A stretch of DNA of 63,060 bases from Planctomycetota bacterium (GTDB lineage: Bacteria > Planctomycetota > UBA1135 > UBA2386), in the NCBI GenBank assembly GCA_947501605.1, contig CANMWZ010000024.1, positions 1 to 63,060 on the forward strand, read 5' to 3'. The translations under genes were made by a program, and so were the position numbers. Positions 7,922 to 18,221 of the stretch are shown in pieces; within the stretch, counting starts at the first letter, position 1, and the number at the start of each line of letters is the position of its first letter. The notes under the pieces are model-generated. The model saw only the letters and a list, made by a program, of their open reading frames with translations, was not told where the DNA came from and did no database searches.

Positions 7922-9286
7922 ATGGGCGAGCGACCGTCGATGCGCGTGCTGCTAGTCGAGGACGAGATCTCGATCGCCGTCACCCTCCGTGATGATCTCG
8001 AGGAGGCTGGCCACTTGGTCGAGCACACCGCCGATGGCCAGCAGGCGATCGACATCCTGCAGCAGCAAGCCTTCGATTGCGTGATCACCGACGTTCGGCT
8101 GCCAAGCAAGGACGGGTTGCAGGTCCTACAGGCGGCAAAGCGCGCGCGCCCAGACACCGAAGTGCTGATGATGACGGGCTATGCCACTGTCGAACAGGCG
8201 GTGGAAGCGATGCGACTTGGCGCCGACGACTACATCCAGAAGCCTTTCCTCAACGCGCACGTGCTCGATCGGCTCGCGCGCATCGGTCGCGTGCGTGCGT
8301 TGATCCAGGAGAACGCGCTGCTGCGCCAGGAGCTCGATGGCGGTCGGGGCAGCTTGCCCGGCGTGATTGGCAACAGTCGCGCGATGGACACGGTGATCAA
8401 GACTGTCCGCACGGTCGCGCAGAACGATGCCTCCGTCCTGATCGAGGGCGAGTCGGGTACTGGCAAGGAGCGGATCGCCCGCGCAATCCACACGTTGTCT
8501 CACCGCAAGGACAAGCCGTTCGTAGCGCTTTCCTGCGGGGCGCTGCCTGACACCCTTCTGGAGACCGAGTTGTTCGGCCACGAGAAGGGTGCATTCACGG
8601 ATGCGCAGAAGTTGCGGCGCGGCCGCTTCGAGATCGCATCCGGTGGCACGATCTTCCTCGACGACATCGACGACATGCCGCTGTCGGTCCAGGTCAAGCT
8701 GCTGCGGGTGCTGCAAGAGCGCGAGTTCGAGCGCGTCGGCGGTGAGCAGCTGATCAAGGTCGACATCCGCGTCGTCTCTGCGACCAAAGTGCCACTGATG
8801 GACCTGGTCCGGCAGCAGCGCTTCCGCGAAGACCTCTTCTATCGACTCAACGTCGTACCGGTGCGCTTGCCGCCGCTGCGTGAGCGCGACGGCGACGTGG
8901 CGCTCCTCGCGCAGCATTTCGTCGAGAAGCTCGGTGCTGGCCGGCACTACACCATCAAGACGGATGTGCTCGAGTCGATGCTGGGCTACAGCTGGCCAGG
9001 CAACGTGCGCGAGCTCGAAAACCACGTCGCCCAGGCGATTGCCATGGCCGGGGGCGCCACCGTGTTGAAGCGCGAGCACTTGCTCCCGGTCGACAAGACC
9101 CGCCGCGCGGCGCTCGAACCGCCGACCCAGCTGCAGTCCTTGCGCGAGATCATGGTGAACGCCGAGCGGGAGCACCTGAAAGTCGTGCTCAAGGCAGTGG
9201 GCGGCCATCGGACCAAGGCTGCATCCGTCCTCGGCATCAGTCGCAAAGTCCTGTGGGAGAAGCTGCGCGACTACGGCATCGAATGA
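7922..9286 (+). CDS. sigma54-dependent response regulator (NtrC/AtoC family)
   Basis: REC domain (VLLVEDE, DVRLP, KPF), Walker A GESGTGKE, GAFTDA loop, WPGNVRELEN, Fis-type HTH. Confidence 0.95.
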   Translation: MGERPSMRVLLVEDEISIAVTLRDDLEEAGHLVEHTADGQQAIDILQQQAFDCVITDVRLPSKDGLQVLQAAKRARPDTEVLMMTGYATVEQAVEAMRLGADDYIQKPFLNAHVLDRLARIGRVRALIQENALLRQELDGGRGSLPGVIGNSRAMDTVIKTVRTVAQNDASVLIEGESGTGKERIARAIHTLSHRKDKPFVALSCGALPDTLLETELFGHEKGAFTDAQKLRRGRFEIASGGTIFLDDIDDMPLSVQVKLLRVLQEREFERVGGEQLIKVDIRVVSATKVPLMDLVRQQRFREDLFYRLNVVPVRLPPLRERDGDVALLAQHFVEKLGAGRHYTIKTDVLESMLGYSWPGNVRELENHVAQAIAMAGGATVLKREHLLPVDKTRRAALEPPTQLQSLREIMVNAEREHLKVVLKAVGGHRTKAASVLGISRKVLWEKLRDYGIE

Positions 9287-11394
9287 GCCGCCAGTTGCAT
9301 GCCGCGCTGCGGTGGCTTTCGGTGCTCGCCGCGACGTCGTTGTCGTTGGCGCAGGATCCAGCGCCCGCGCCGCCGGTCGCGGTCCCGTTCGAGACCATCT
9401 TGTGGGTGCCAGCGGAACGCGCGCGCGAGGCCGCGCACTTGGCGGCGGTGCACCAAGCTGGGTTCTCGGCGATCAATCTGGGCCCCGAGGGCGACGCCGG
9501 CCTGCTTTTGGCAAGCGGCCTTGGGTTCTACCTCGATCAGCCGATCGGCAAGGGCTTCCTCGAGTTGCGCGATCGCGATTGGGAGCCGCTGCAGAGGCAG
9601 TATGAGCGCACCCGCGACACCGGCAAGCTCGTGCGACCGCAGTGTCTGCGCAATCACCAGTTGCTCGTCGAACTCGGCGCCCGCGCGGCGGCGGCAGCGG
9701 CGAAACTGCACGCTGCCGCTGGGCCAGCAATGCGCTTCGTGGCGATTGCCGATGAAGCCTCCACGACCCGTCATGGCAACCCGCTCGACGTCTGCCGTTG
9801 CGAACGTTGCCTGAGTGCGTTCCGCGAGTTTGCCATGCAGCGCTACGGTTCGCTGGCGCAGCTCAACGAGGCGTGGGGCACCCAGTTTGCGAGCATCGAA
9901 GCGCTGGAGCCGCTGTCCACCGACCAAGTGCGTCGCCGCGAACTCGGGGGTGTGGTGTTGCCCGAGAACCTCACGCCGTTCGCGGCCTGGCTCGATTTCG
10001 TCGATGAGGGCTTCCGTGCCGCCGTGCAGCACCTCTGCGAGCAGGTGCGAAGCTCCGCGCCCGGAGTGCCCTGTGGGCTCACTGGTCTGCAGGCACCGTT
10101 TGCATTCGGTGGCCACGACTACGCGCGCTTGCTCCCAGGCCTGACCTTGCTCGAAGCCTATGATCTCGGGGGCGCGGTTGAGCTCGCTCGCAGCTTGGTA
10201 CCGCGCGCGCAGCACTGGTCGACGTTGCAGATCCCGACCGAGCTGGAGGCCGATAGCTCGAGCCAGTTGCTGGCGCTCTTGGCCGAAGCCGCTGCGCGCG
10301 GCCAGGATGGCGTCGTGGTGTGGAACGACGAGCGCGTGCTCGCTGCGGACGAGACCCTGACCGCAGCCGGAAAAGCCATGCGGACGGCATTCCAATCGGC
10401 GCGGCCCGCGCTCGATGCCTGCGCGGGCGCCGTCCCTGAGCACGACTCCGTGTGGATCTGTGAGTCCCACGCCTCGGTGCGTGCTTGGTGGATGTTGGAT
10501 TCGGCCAACGACGGCCTCACCTGGGTTCGCCGGTTGGCATCCCACGAAGCCGCGCACAGCACCAGCATGGCGGCGCGCCGCGGCTGGTCGAAGTTGCTGG
10601 CGGACGTCGGCATCGCGCCGCGCTTCCTCGGCGAACTCGAACTGCCAGCGCGGCTGCTGCAGGATCCGCCGCGTCTCCTGGTGTTGCCAGCGTGCATCGC
10701 GCTGAGCGACCGCGCCTGCATCGCGATTGCCGCCTACGTGCAGCAGGGCGGGACGGTGGTCGCGGACCACACGACCGCGCTCTATGACGAGAACCTTCGC
10801 CGTCGAGCGAGTGGGGGTCTGGATGTGCTGTTCGGTATCGAGCAGCGCAGTCTGCGATGGGAGGACCTCGGTGTGCGCGAGGGCAAGGTCCGCGGTGGCA
10901 CTCTGGGCGCGGTTGACGGCAGCCTGCGGGCGCAGGTCGCCGAACGCAGCGGTAGCGAGTCCGTGTTCATCGAGCGCCGATACCGTCGAGGACGTGCCGT
11001 CTACCTCAATGTGCCGGTTTGTCTCTACGCCGGTGTGAGGCTCGAGCCAACTCTCGTCGCGGCGGCCGCCGACCTGCGCAAGCGGATCCGGCAGGTCCTG
11101 GCGTCGGCTCTGATCGTGCCGCGCTGCGAGGTTCGGGGCGAAGGGCTGCCCGCATGCGTACAGCGCAGGTTTCTCCGCGCCCGCGACGGTCGCCGCTTGC
11201 TCGCAGTGCGGATCGACGCCATCGATGCGCCGCCGATCCTGCGTCAACTCGGACAGCAGGGCGCACGAGAAGTGCACCTCATGTTTCCCCAGTCTGTGCG
11301 TCTCGTTTCACTTGCGGGCAAAGAACTGGGCTCAGGAACCGACATCGAGCTCCCGCTCGATGCCTTCCTCGGGCTGTTCGTCGAGGTGCGGTAG
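9283..11394 (+). CDS. secreted GH42-like beta-galactosidase family protein with trimerisation domain
   Basis: Signal peptide, CRCERC metal motif, FREFAMQRYGSLAQLNEAWGT GH42 signature, LLVLP...YVQQGGTVVAD trimerisation domain. ATGA overlap with the upstream gene. Confidence 0.75.
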   Translation: MSRQLHAALRWLSVLAATSLSLAQDPAPAPPVAVPFETILWVPAERAREAAHLAAVHQAGFSAINLGPEGDAGLLLASGLGFYLDQPIGKGFLELRDRDWEPLQRQYERTRDTGKLVRPQCLRNHQLLVELGARAAAAAAKLHAAAGPAMRFVAIADEASTTRHGNPLDVCRCERCLSAFREFAMQRYGSLAQLNEAWGTQFASIEALEPLSTDQVRRRELGGVVLPENLTPFAAWLDFVDEGFRAAVQHLCEQVRSSAPGVPCGLTGLQAPFAFGGHDYARLLPGLTLLEAYDLGGAVELARSLVPRAQHWSTLQIPTELEADSSSQLLALLAEAAARGQDGVVVWNDERVLAADETLTAAGKAMRTAFQSARPALDACAGAVPEHDSVWICESHASVRAWWMLDSANDGLTWVRRLASHEAAHSTSMAARRGWSKLLADVGIAPRFLGELELPARLLQDPPRLLVLPACIALSDRACIAIAAYVQQGGTVVADHTTALYDENLRRRASGGLDVLFGIEQRSLRWEDLGVREGKVRGGTLGAVDGSLRAQVAERSGSESVFIERRYRRGRAVYLNVPVCLYAGVRLEPTLVAAAADLRKRIRQVLASALIVPRCEVRGEGLPACVQRRFLRARDGRRLLAVRIDAIDAPPILRQLGQQGAREVHLMFPQSVRLVSLAGKELGSGTDIELPLDAFLGLFVEVR

Positions 11395-12212
11395 TGAGTC
11401 TTGCCAGCCAGACAACGGGCATGACGGTACTCGGGACCGAGATCTTCGATGTCGATGGCGACAACCGGCCGACGGTTCTGCTCTCCGATCTGCATGTCCC
11501 CGAGGGTGGTGGGCAGGTGGCGCGCTGGCTGGCGACGGTACTGGCCAATGCCGGGGCTCGGCGCGCCCGGGTCCTGGTTCTCGGCGACCTGTTCGACACC
11601 TACATCACGCCGGCACAGCTCCGGGCAGGCATCTGGAAGGAGACCGCCGCGATGTTCGCCGGGGCCGTCCGCGCCGGCGCTGGCATCGCCGTGCTGCACG
11701 GCAACCGCGACTTTCTACTCGGCGACGAATGGACCCGAGCCACCGGTGCGGTGGTCGTGCGCGGTGGAATGCGAATCCGCCTTGCTGGGGTCCGGGCCCT
11801 TCTGCTGCACGGCGACGAGCTGTGTCAGGACGACGTGCCGTACCAGCGGGCCAAGAAGTGGCTTCGGCGGCCGTTGCTGCGCGCCATTGCCCGCCGCCTT
11901 CCGCTCTGGCTGGCACTCCGCGTCGCGGCGCGGGCGCGGCAGCGGAGCCGCCAGGTGATCCAGCAAGGGGACCAGGCGCGGTTTCTGCCGACTGCCGCCG
12001 CGATCCAGCTGGCGCTACAGGCTGAGGTCGAGTGGGTCGTGTTCGGGCACATCCACCGACGGGCCAGGGGGCTCTGCGCCGGCGGAGCCTATTGGGTGCT
12101 GCCTGCGTTCGATGAAGAGGGGGTGCATCTGCAAGCAGGCCAGGAGCTCTCCTACGTCGATGTTCATGGCGCGCCGTTGATGGCGCCGGCCGGGCCGCTG
12201 CCGGGTCTCTGA
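11394..12212 (+). CDS. lpxH: UDP-2,3-diacylglucosamine diphosphatase
   Basis: Metallophosphoesterase motifs SDLH, LGDLFD, HGNRDFLLG, LLHGDELC, FGHIH. Start is GTG 11394 or ATG 11421. Confidence 0.85.
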   Translation: MSLASQTTGMTVLGTEIFDVDGDNRPTVLLSDLHVPEGGGQVARWLATVLANAGARRARVLVLGDLFDTYITPAQLRAGIWKETAAMFAGAVRAGAGIAVLHGNRDFLLGDEWTRATGAVVVRGGMRIRLAGVRALLLHGDELCQDDVPYQRAKKWLRRPLLRAIARRLPLWLALRVAARARQRSRQVIQQGDQARFLPTAAAIQLALQAEVEWVVFGHIHRRARGLCAGGAYWVLPAFDEEGVHLQAGQELSYVDVHGAPLMAPAGPLPGL

Positions 12213-12388
12213 ATCGGGCGACCGACGACGGGAAACCGCGCCCCCAGGCCAGGGGCCCGTTGCAGTAGGGTGGCGGCCTTGGCTATCCTCTGCGGCCCTT
12301 TCTTCCGCCCGGACCCTACGGTCGGCAGACGATCTTTCTCAATCCGTGCCGACTTGAGTATGACTTCCCGCCCCACTTCCGTACGTCC

Positions 12389-13117
12389 GTGAACGCCAAA
12401 GCAGAGGAACCGGCGCCGGACCCGACAGCGGTCGTCGCCATCGACGGTCCTTCGGGTGCCGGCAAGAGCACCATCGCCAAGGCGGTGGCGCAACAGCTCG
12501 GGTTCCAGTACCTCGACACTGGCGCGATGTATCGCGCAGTGACGTGGCACTTCCTCGAGAACCGGTGCTCGCCGGATCAACTGGGTACAGACCGGCTGGC
12601 GGCGGAACAGACGATGCGCCTGGGGCTCGCCAGCATGGAGCTGCAGCTCCAAGTTGGCGGACGCGTGCTGGTGAACGGTCGGGATGTGACCTCGCACCTG
12701 CGCTCGCAGGATGTCGAGTCGCGCGTCTCGGCGGTGTCTGCCTTGCCGTTCGTGCGGGCGTCGATGACGCAGATGCAGCGCGCGGTCGCAGCGGCGGGTC
12801 CCGTGGTCGCCGAAGGCCGCGACATGGGATCGGTAGTGTTCCCGATGGCGCGCTGGAAAGTGTATCTGACCGCCAGCGCCGAGGAGCGCGCGCGGCGCCG
12901 CAAGATCGACTTTGATCAGCGCGGCCGTGACGTCACCTACCAGCAGGTGTTGGAGGAGATCGTAGTTCGCGACCGGCTGGACTCGACGCGGCAGGATGCG
13001 CCGTTGAAGCAGGCGCACGACGCCGTGCTGGTCGATACCACGGGCCTTTCGACCGACGCTGTGGTTCTGTGCATCCTGCAGATCGTCGACCGCGGCGGGC
13101 GACCGCAGCGCACATGA
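12389..13117 (+). CDS. cmk: cytidylate kinase
   Basis: AIDGPSGAGKST, YLDTGAMYRA, VAEGRDMGSVVFP, RDRLDSTR. Confidence 0.97.
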   Translation: MNAKAEEPAPDPTAVVAIDGPSGAGKSTIAKAVAQQLGFQYLDTGAMYRAVTWHFLENRCSPDQLGTDRLAAEQTMRLGLASMELQLQVGGRVLVNGRDVTSHLRSQDVESRVSAVSALPFVRASMTQMQRAVAAAGPVVAEGRDMGSVVFPMARWKVYLTASAEERARRRKIDFDQRGRDVTYQQVLEEIVVRDRLDSTRQDAPLKQAHDAVLVDTTGLSTDAVVLCILQIVDRGGRPQRT

Positions 13118-13860
13118 GCAGCCGTCGCCAAGGCACCCGAGAACCGCGACGGTCGGATGCGACCCCGGCGGGCTACGGCCCGCGCGTCTACGGCCTCAGC
13201 AAGTGGTTGCTGCGGATGTGGGCTCGCGTTTGGTTCCGCCTTCGTCTTGAAGGCATGTCGAAGGTGCCGACCACTGGTTCGGTACTCGTGGTGGCAAACC
13301 ACACGAGCTACCTCGATCCGCCTCTCTTGGCCTGTGGCATGCCGCGCCCGGTGCTTTTTCTCGCCCAGAAGGGACTCGCCAAGTTCCTGCCTTTGCGGTG
13401 GTGGTTGCGCAAGGCTGGCGTGGGCCTGATCGACCGCAACGCCCCGTCGAAGGACGTGTTGCGCACGTTGTCGGACGCCCTCACCAATGGCGCCTGTGTG
13501 GCGATGTTCCCCGAAGGGACTCGCAGTGCTGACGGTCTCGTCGCCCCCTTTCGCTCTGGGGTCGAGTTCCTAGTGCGCCGCACCGGTGCGCCGGTGTTGC
13601 CCGTCGGAATCCAAGGTGCATTCGAGGCCTTCCCGCGCGGCGCGAACTTCCCGCGCCCCAAGAAGTGCATCGTGAGAGTGGGGGACCTCTGGACCTCCGA
13701 GCGCGTGCTGGCCGCTGGCGGCATCGAGGCGTTGCGCCACGAGGTCGCTCGCCTCGCCAAGGCGACGATGCTGCAGACTTTCGAAGCGAAACCTCAGGTC
13801 GGTAACGGTCCGGGAGCGATCCCGGTCGATTCTTCTCCTTCTGCCCGCGGCAGGACGTGA
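13114..13860 (+). CDS. plsC: 1-acyl-sn-glycerol-3-phosphate acyltransferase
   Basis: NHTSYLDP and MFPEGTRS motifs. Conserved cmk-plsC-rpsA context. Confidence 0.9.
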   Translation: MSSRRQGTREPRRSDATPAGYGPRVYGLSKWLLRMWARVWFRLRLEGMSKVPTTGSVLVVANHTSYLDPPLLACGMPRPVLFLAQKGLAKFLPLRWWLRKAGVGLIDRNAPSKDVLRTLSDALTNGACVAMFPEGTRSADGLVAPFRSGVEFLVRRTGAPVLPVGIQGAFEAFPRGANFPRPKKCIVRVGDLWTSERVLAAGGIEALRHEVARLAKATMLQTFEAKPQVGNGPGAIPVDSSPSARGRT

Positions 13861-14015
13861 TCTACGTCCGGTCGTTGGCGAATCGCCGCGCGGGTGTTCC
13901 GCTCGGCGCGAATGTGTGTGGCTCTGTGATGCTCTAACCCGGGATGCAGCCGTCGTGGCTTGCTTCACCGGATCCTCGCAACCCCGTTTTTTCTTCCCCA
14001 ACCCAATCTCGTTTG

Positions 14016-15821
14016 ATGCACGGCAAGCAACTCATCAAGAAATTCATGCTCGCCGAAGAGGAGCTAACAAGGCTCACTTCGGAAGCGCTCGGCAGCACGA
14101 CGCTGGCGGAAATCGACCTCGCCATCAGTAAGACGGTCAACGATCTCGCGCCGAACAAGATCGTCAAGGGCCGCATCGTCCGCGTCCTCGCCGACGGCCA
14201 CGTCGTCGTCGACGTCAGCTACAAGGCCGAGGGCCGCATTCCGCTGGAGGAATTCGGTGACCCCGAGTCGGTGATCGTAGGTGCCGAGATCGAGTGCCTC
14301 GTCGAGTCCATCGAGGACTCAGAAGGCTCGATCACGCTGAGCAAGCGCAAGGCGGACCGCATCCGTGGGTGGGAGAACATCATCAAGACCCACAAGGAGG
14401 GTGATGACGTCAAGGGCATCGTCCTTCGCAAGATCAAGGGCGGTCTGCTCGTCGACATCGGCGTGCCTGTCTTCCTCCCTGCGAGCCAGGTCAACATTCG
14501 TCGCGCGGGCGACATTGGCGACTGGATCGGCAAGGAAATCGAAGCGCGCATCATCAAGATCGACGAAGAGCGCATGAACATCGTCATCTCGCGCCGCAAG
14601 CTCATCGAAGAGGAGCGCGAGACCAAGAAGGCCCAGTTGCTGGCCGAGCTCGAAGAAGGTCAGGTTCGCATGGGTATCGTCAAGAACATCGCCGACTTCG
14701 GCGTGTTCGTCGACCTCGGCGGTATCGACGGCCTGCTGCACATCACCGACATGTCGTGGGGCCGCGTGAATCATCCGTCGGAGATGGTCAAGCTCGACGA
14801 CGAGATCGAGGTCAAGATCCTCAAGGTCGACCGCGAGCGCGAGCGCATTGCTCTCGGCATGAAGCAGAAGTCTGCTTCGCCGTGGGAGAACATCACCGAC
14901 AAGTACCCGGTGGGTTCGCGCATCACGGGCGAGGTCGTCAACCTCATGAGCTACGGCGCGTTCGTCAAGCTCGAGGACGGCGTCGAAGGGCTGGTCCACA
15001 TCTCCGAGATGTCCTGGACCAAGCGCGTCAACCACCCGAGCGAAGTCGTCAAGCAGGGTGACAAGCTCGAGGTCGTCGTGCTCGAGATCGATACCGAGAA
15101 GCAGACGATCAGCCTGGGCATGAAGCAGACCGAGGTCAATCCTTGGGACATGGTCGCCGAGCACTACCCGCCCGGCACGGTCATCCGCGGCAAGGTGCGC
15201 AACCTCACCAACTACGGTGCGTTCATCGAGCTGCAGGAGGGTATCGACGGCCTGCTGCACATCACCGACATGAGCTGGACTCGCAAGATCACGCACCCGA
15301 GCGAGGTCGTGAAGAAGGGCGAGGAGATCGAGTGCGTCGTGCTCTCGGTCGATCAGGAAAAGAAGCGCATTGCGCTTGGCCTGAAGCAGCTGCAGCAGGA
15401 TCCGTGGCAGGGTGACATTCCTGCTCGGTACCACATCGGCGACAGCGTCCCTGGCACGGTCACCAAGATCACCAACTTCGGTGTCTTCGTCGAGCTGGAG
15501 ATGGGTCTCGAAGGCCTGCTCCATATCTCGGAACTTGCCGACCACAAGGTCGACAACCCCGAAGACGTGGTCAAGGTTGGTCAGCGCGTCGAGGTCCGAA
15601 TCATCAAGATCGACGCCGATGAGCGGAAGATCGGCCTCACGCTGATCCAGGCGCACTTCGAGGAAGGCGAGGAAGTTGCCGGCGACGCTGGCACGCAAAA
15701 GGAGCCGGAGCGTCCGGCCCCGACCACGCCGGCTCTTGGGTCGCTTGCCGATCAGCTGAAGGGCATCGGTCAGCGCATGAGCGAGCGCGAGGCGGCTAAG
15801 AAGTCGTCCAGCGACTCGTAG
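14016..15821 (+). CDS. rpsA: 30S ribosomal protein S1
   Basis: Six S1 repeats (FGVFVDLGGIDGLLHITDMSW and similar). Pyrimidine-rich leader lacking a Shine-Dalgarno, highly biased codons. Confidence 0.98.
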   Translation: MHGKQLIKKFMLAEEELTRLTSEALGSTTLAEIDLAISKTVNDLAPNKIVKGRIVRVLADGHVVVDVSYKAEGRIPLEEFGDPESVIVGAEIECLVESIEDSEGSITLSKRKADRIRGWENIIKTHKEGDDVKGIVLRKIKGGLLVDIGVPVFLPASQVNIRRAGDIGDWIGKEIEARIIKIDEERMNIVISRRKLIEEERETKKAQLLAELEEGQVRMGIVKNIADFGVFVDLGGIDGLLHITDMSWGRVNHPSEMVKLDDEIEVKILKVDRERERIALGMKQKSASPWENITDKYPVGSRITGEVVNLMSYGAFVKLEDGVEGLVHISEMSWTKRVNHPSEVVKQGDKLEVVVLEIDTEKQTISLGMKQTEVNPWDMVAEHYPPGTVIRGKVRNLTNYGAFIELQEGIDGLLHITDMSWTRKITHPSEVVKKGEEIECVVLSVDQEKKRIALGLKQLQQDPWQGDIPARYHIGDSVPGTVTKITNFGVFVELEMGLEGLLHISELADHKVDNPEDVVKVGQRVEVRIIKIDADERKIGLTLIQAHFEEGEEVAGDAGTQKEPERPAPTTPALGSLADQLKGIGQRMSEREAAKKSSSDS

Positions 15822-15829
15822 TTGGCGGC

Positions 15830-16927
15830 GTGACAGCCTGCACGGAGCCCGGTCGACGTCCGCACGCGCGGATCGTCGCCGGGCTCTGTGCATTCAGCGT
15901 GGCCGTCGCTGTTAGCGGCTGTGTCACTACCGCCGTCGAGGACGACCCGGTGGCGACCGCCGTCCCTGTGGTCATCGACGTGCCCGTGGCGCCCACCGGC
16001 ACGGACCGGACCCTGGTCGAGTTCTACGACTCGGTGCTAGCGCAGCTGCACGAGGCCCACCAAGACCGCGACCAAGCGCGGCTGCGTTCTCTGGTCGAGT
16101 CCTACCTGCGCGCCGGTGTGCCCGAATGGGCTCGGCAGCGCCTCGAGGGCTTTCGTGCCCTGGCGTTCGGGCTGCAGTTCGAACTGCATGCTGCGCAACA
16201 CACCAGGCTCGAGACTGCGAGTGCGGTGCTGATCGACGGCGCCTCGGATCGGTCGACGACGGCGTCGGCGAGCGCCCCCGATTCCATCGGCGAAGCCGTG
16301 GACTGCCTACTGGTCTTGCCAGCACCGCCCGACGGGCCGTGGTACCTCGGCGGCAGGGGCGATCGTGATCCAGTGTCGTTCCGCTTCGCTCTGGTCATTC
16401 GTGAGCACTTTCTGGACGGCAGCGAGAAGCGGATCGAGGACGCCGAAGTGGTGCAGCTCGACGTGGCGCTCGAGCTCGCGACCGAGTCGCTGCGGTTGCC
16501 AGTTCGACTGGACCTCGGCGCATCGGAGGCCGTGCACCGAGAGGTCCAGATCACCGTCGAGCTATTGCCCGGCTATCTCCAGGTGGGCGAGATGCGGGCC
16601 CCAGTGCGGCGCACCCAGCTCGCAACGGGCCTAGCCCGACAGTGGCCCAAAGGACACGAGGCGATTCGCAAGGCGCCGCTCTTGACCCTTCAGAACGCCA
16701 TGAAGCTCGGCGACCGCGCGCATTTCAAGCACGTGCGTCTGGCGGCGGAGTTCGCCCCGCGCGAGCAGCGGACCGAAGTGGAGAACGCGCTGATGGAGTG
16801 GGTTCGAATCGGCCGGGCTGACCAAGCGTTGGTGGCGATGGCGGCCCTGCACGCGATCGAGCCGCAAGCGACGGCTTCGGTTGGCGATCGCGACGCATGG
16901 CTGTTGTGGTGGGAGTCGCGGCGATAG
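15830..16927 (+). CDS. hypothetical lipoprotein
   Basis: Lipobox-like VAVSGC. Fills the gap between rpsA and tyrS. Confidence 0.75.
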   Translation: MTACTEPGRRPHARIVAGLCAFSVAVAVSGCVTTAVEDDPVATAVPVVIDVPVAPTGTDRTLVEFYDSVLAQLHEAHQDRDQARLRSLVESYLRAGVPEWARQRLEGFRALAFGLQFELHAAQHTRLETASAVLIDGASDRSTTASASAPDSIGEAVDCLLVLPAPPDGPWYLGGRGDRDPVSFRFALVIREHFLDGSEKRIEDAEVVQLDVALELATESLRLPVRLDLGASEAVHREVQITVELLPGYLQVGEMRAPVRRTQLATGLARQWPKGHEAIRKAPLLTLQNAMKLGDRAHFKHVRLAAEFAPREQRTEVENALMEWVRIGRADQALVAMAALHAIEPQATASVGDRDAWLLWWESRR

Positions 16928-16937
16928 AACACCGCCC

Positions 16938-18143
16938 GTGACGTTTCCGCCTGTCGAAGAACAACTTGCCCTGCTCCGCGACGGCATCGTCGATCTCGTC
17001 GACGAAGCCGATCTGCAGAAGCGCCTCACCGAGAGCTGCGCCCAAAAGCGTCCGCTGCGTGTAAAGCTCGGGATCGACCCGAGTTCGCCGGACATCCACC
17101 TCGGGCACACTGTCGTGCTGCGCAAGCTGGCGCAGTTCCAGCAACTCGGTCATTTGCCCATCGTGCTCTGGGGCACGAGCACGGCGATGGTCGGAGACCC
17201 GACCGGGCGCAACAAGACGCGTCCACCGCTCACCCGCGAACAGGTCGAGCAGAACAAGCAGACGTATCGTGAGCAAGTGGCGTCCGTGCTCGACATGAAC
17301 CGTGTTGAGGAACGGGAGAATGGTTCGTGGTTCGACCGGATGTCGTTCATGGACTGCGTGACGCTTGCAAGTCGCTACACCGTGGCGCGAATCCTGGAGC
17401 GCGACGACTTCCAGAAGCGATTTGCCGCGAGCCAACCGATCAGCGTGCACGAGTTCCTCTACCCGCTGCTGCAAGGCTGGGACTCGGTGGAGCTGCGCGC
17501 CGATGTCGAACTCGGTGGCACGGACCAGTTGTTCAACTTGCTGGTCGGCCGCGAACTGCAGAAGCAAACCGGCCAGCTCCCGCAGATCTGCATGACGCTG
17601 CCGCTGCTCGAGGGCACGGACGGTAGCCAGAAGATGTCCAAGTCGCTCGGCAACTACGTCGGCGTACGCGAGGCACCATCGCTGCAGTTCCAAAAGCTGA
17701 TGAAGGTGCCGAACACGCTGCTCGGCAAGTATCTGATGCTTGTGACCGACGTGTTGCCAGCGAGGCGCGAAGAGTTGCTGCACAACCAACTCGAAGCCAA
17801 GTTCGCGCTCGCGCATGCGGTGGTCGCGACCTACCACGGCGACGAGGCCGCGGTTGCCTGCCGCGCGGAGTACGACCGCATGCATCAGCAAGGAGGCCTG
17901 CCGGATCACGTGCCGGAGTTTGTTGCGGACGCGGCGCAGTTGAAGGACGGGTCGCTGTGGCTGCCGGCGGCGCTCGCCCTCGCGGGTCTTTGCAGTTCGA
18001 ACAGCGATGGGCGTCGTCAGATCGAAGGCGGCGGTGTTCGGGTCGATGGCGCGGTAGTCAAAGACGCCAAGTTGACACTGGCCGCTGGTCGCTACTTGCT
18101 GCAGGTCGGCAAGAACAAGGCGGCGCGCGTCGTCGTACCGTAG
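16938..18143 (+). CDS. tyrS: tyrosine--tRNA ligase
   Basis: VKLGIDPSSPDIHLGH, LYPLLQGWDS, GGTDQLFNL, KMSKS, C-terminal S4 domain (LLQVGK). Confidence 0.98.
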   Translation: MTFPPVEEQLALLRDGIVDLVDEADLQKRLTESCAQKRPLRVKLGIDPSSPDIHLGHTVVLRKLAQFQQLGHLPIVLWGTSTAMVGDPTGRNKTRPPLTREQVEQNKQTYREQVASVLDMNRVEERENGSWFDRMSFMDCVTLASRYTVARILERDDFQKRFAASQPISVHEFLYPLLQGWDSVELRADVELGGTDQLFNLLVGRELQKQTGQLPQICMTLPLLEGTDGSQKMSKSLGNYVGVREAPSLQFQKLMKVPNTLLGKYLMLVTDVLPARREELLHNQLEAKFALAHAVVATYHGDEAAVACRAEYDRMHQQGGLPDHVPEFVADAAQLKDGSLWLPAALALAGLCSSNSDGRRQIEGGGVRVDGAVVKDAKLTLAAGRYLLQVGKNKAARVVVP

Positions 18144-18221
18144 CGATCCTGGCTCTGCGACTCCTGCGCCGTTGCCGGTGGCGACCGCCGTAGCCCAGTC
18201 GAGGTTCCGTTGCGCCCCCGG

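Noticed and set aside
14319..15893. Long antisense ORFs (also 9271-11277, 30746-32173, 35819-37465, 43647-45077, 49069-50715)
   Set aside because: These are shadows of well-supported genes on the opposite strand, expected from strong GC3 bias. They show no protein motifs.
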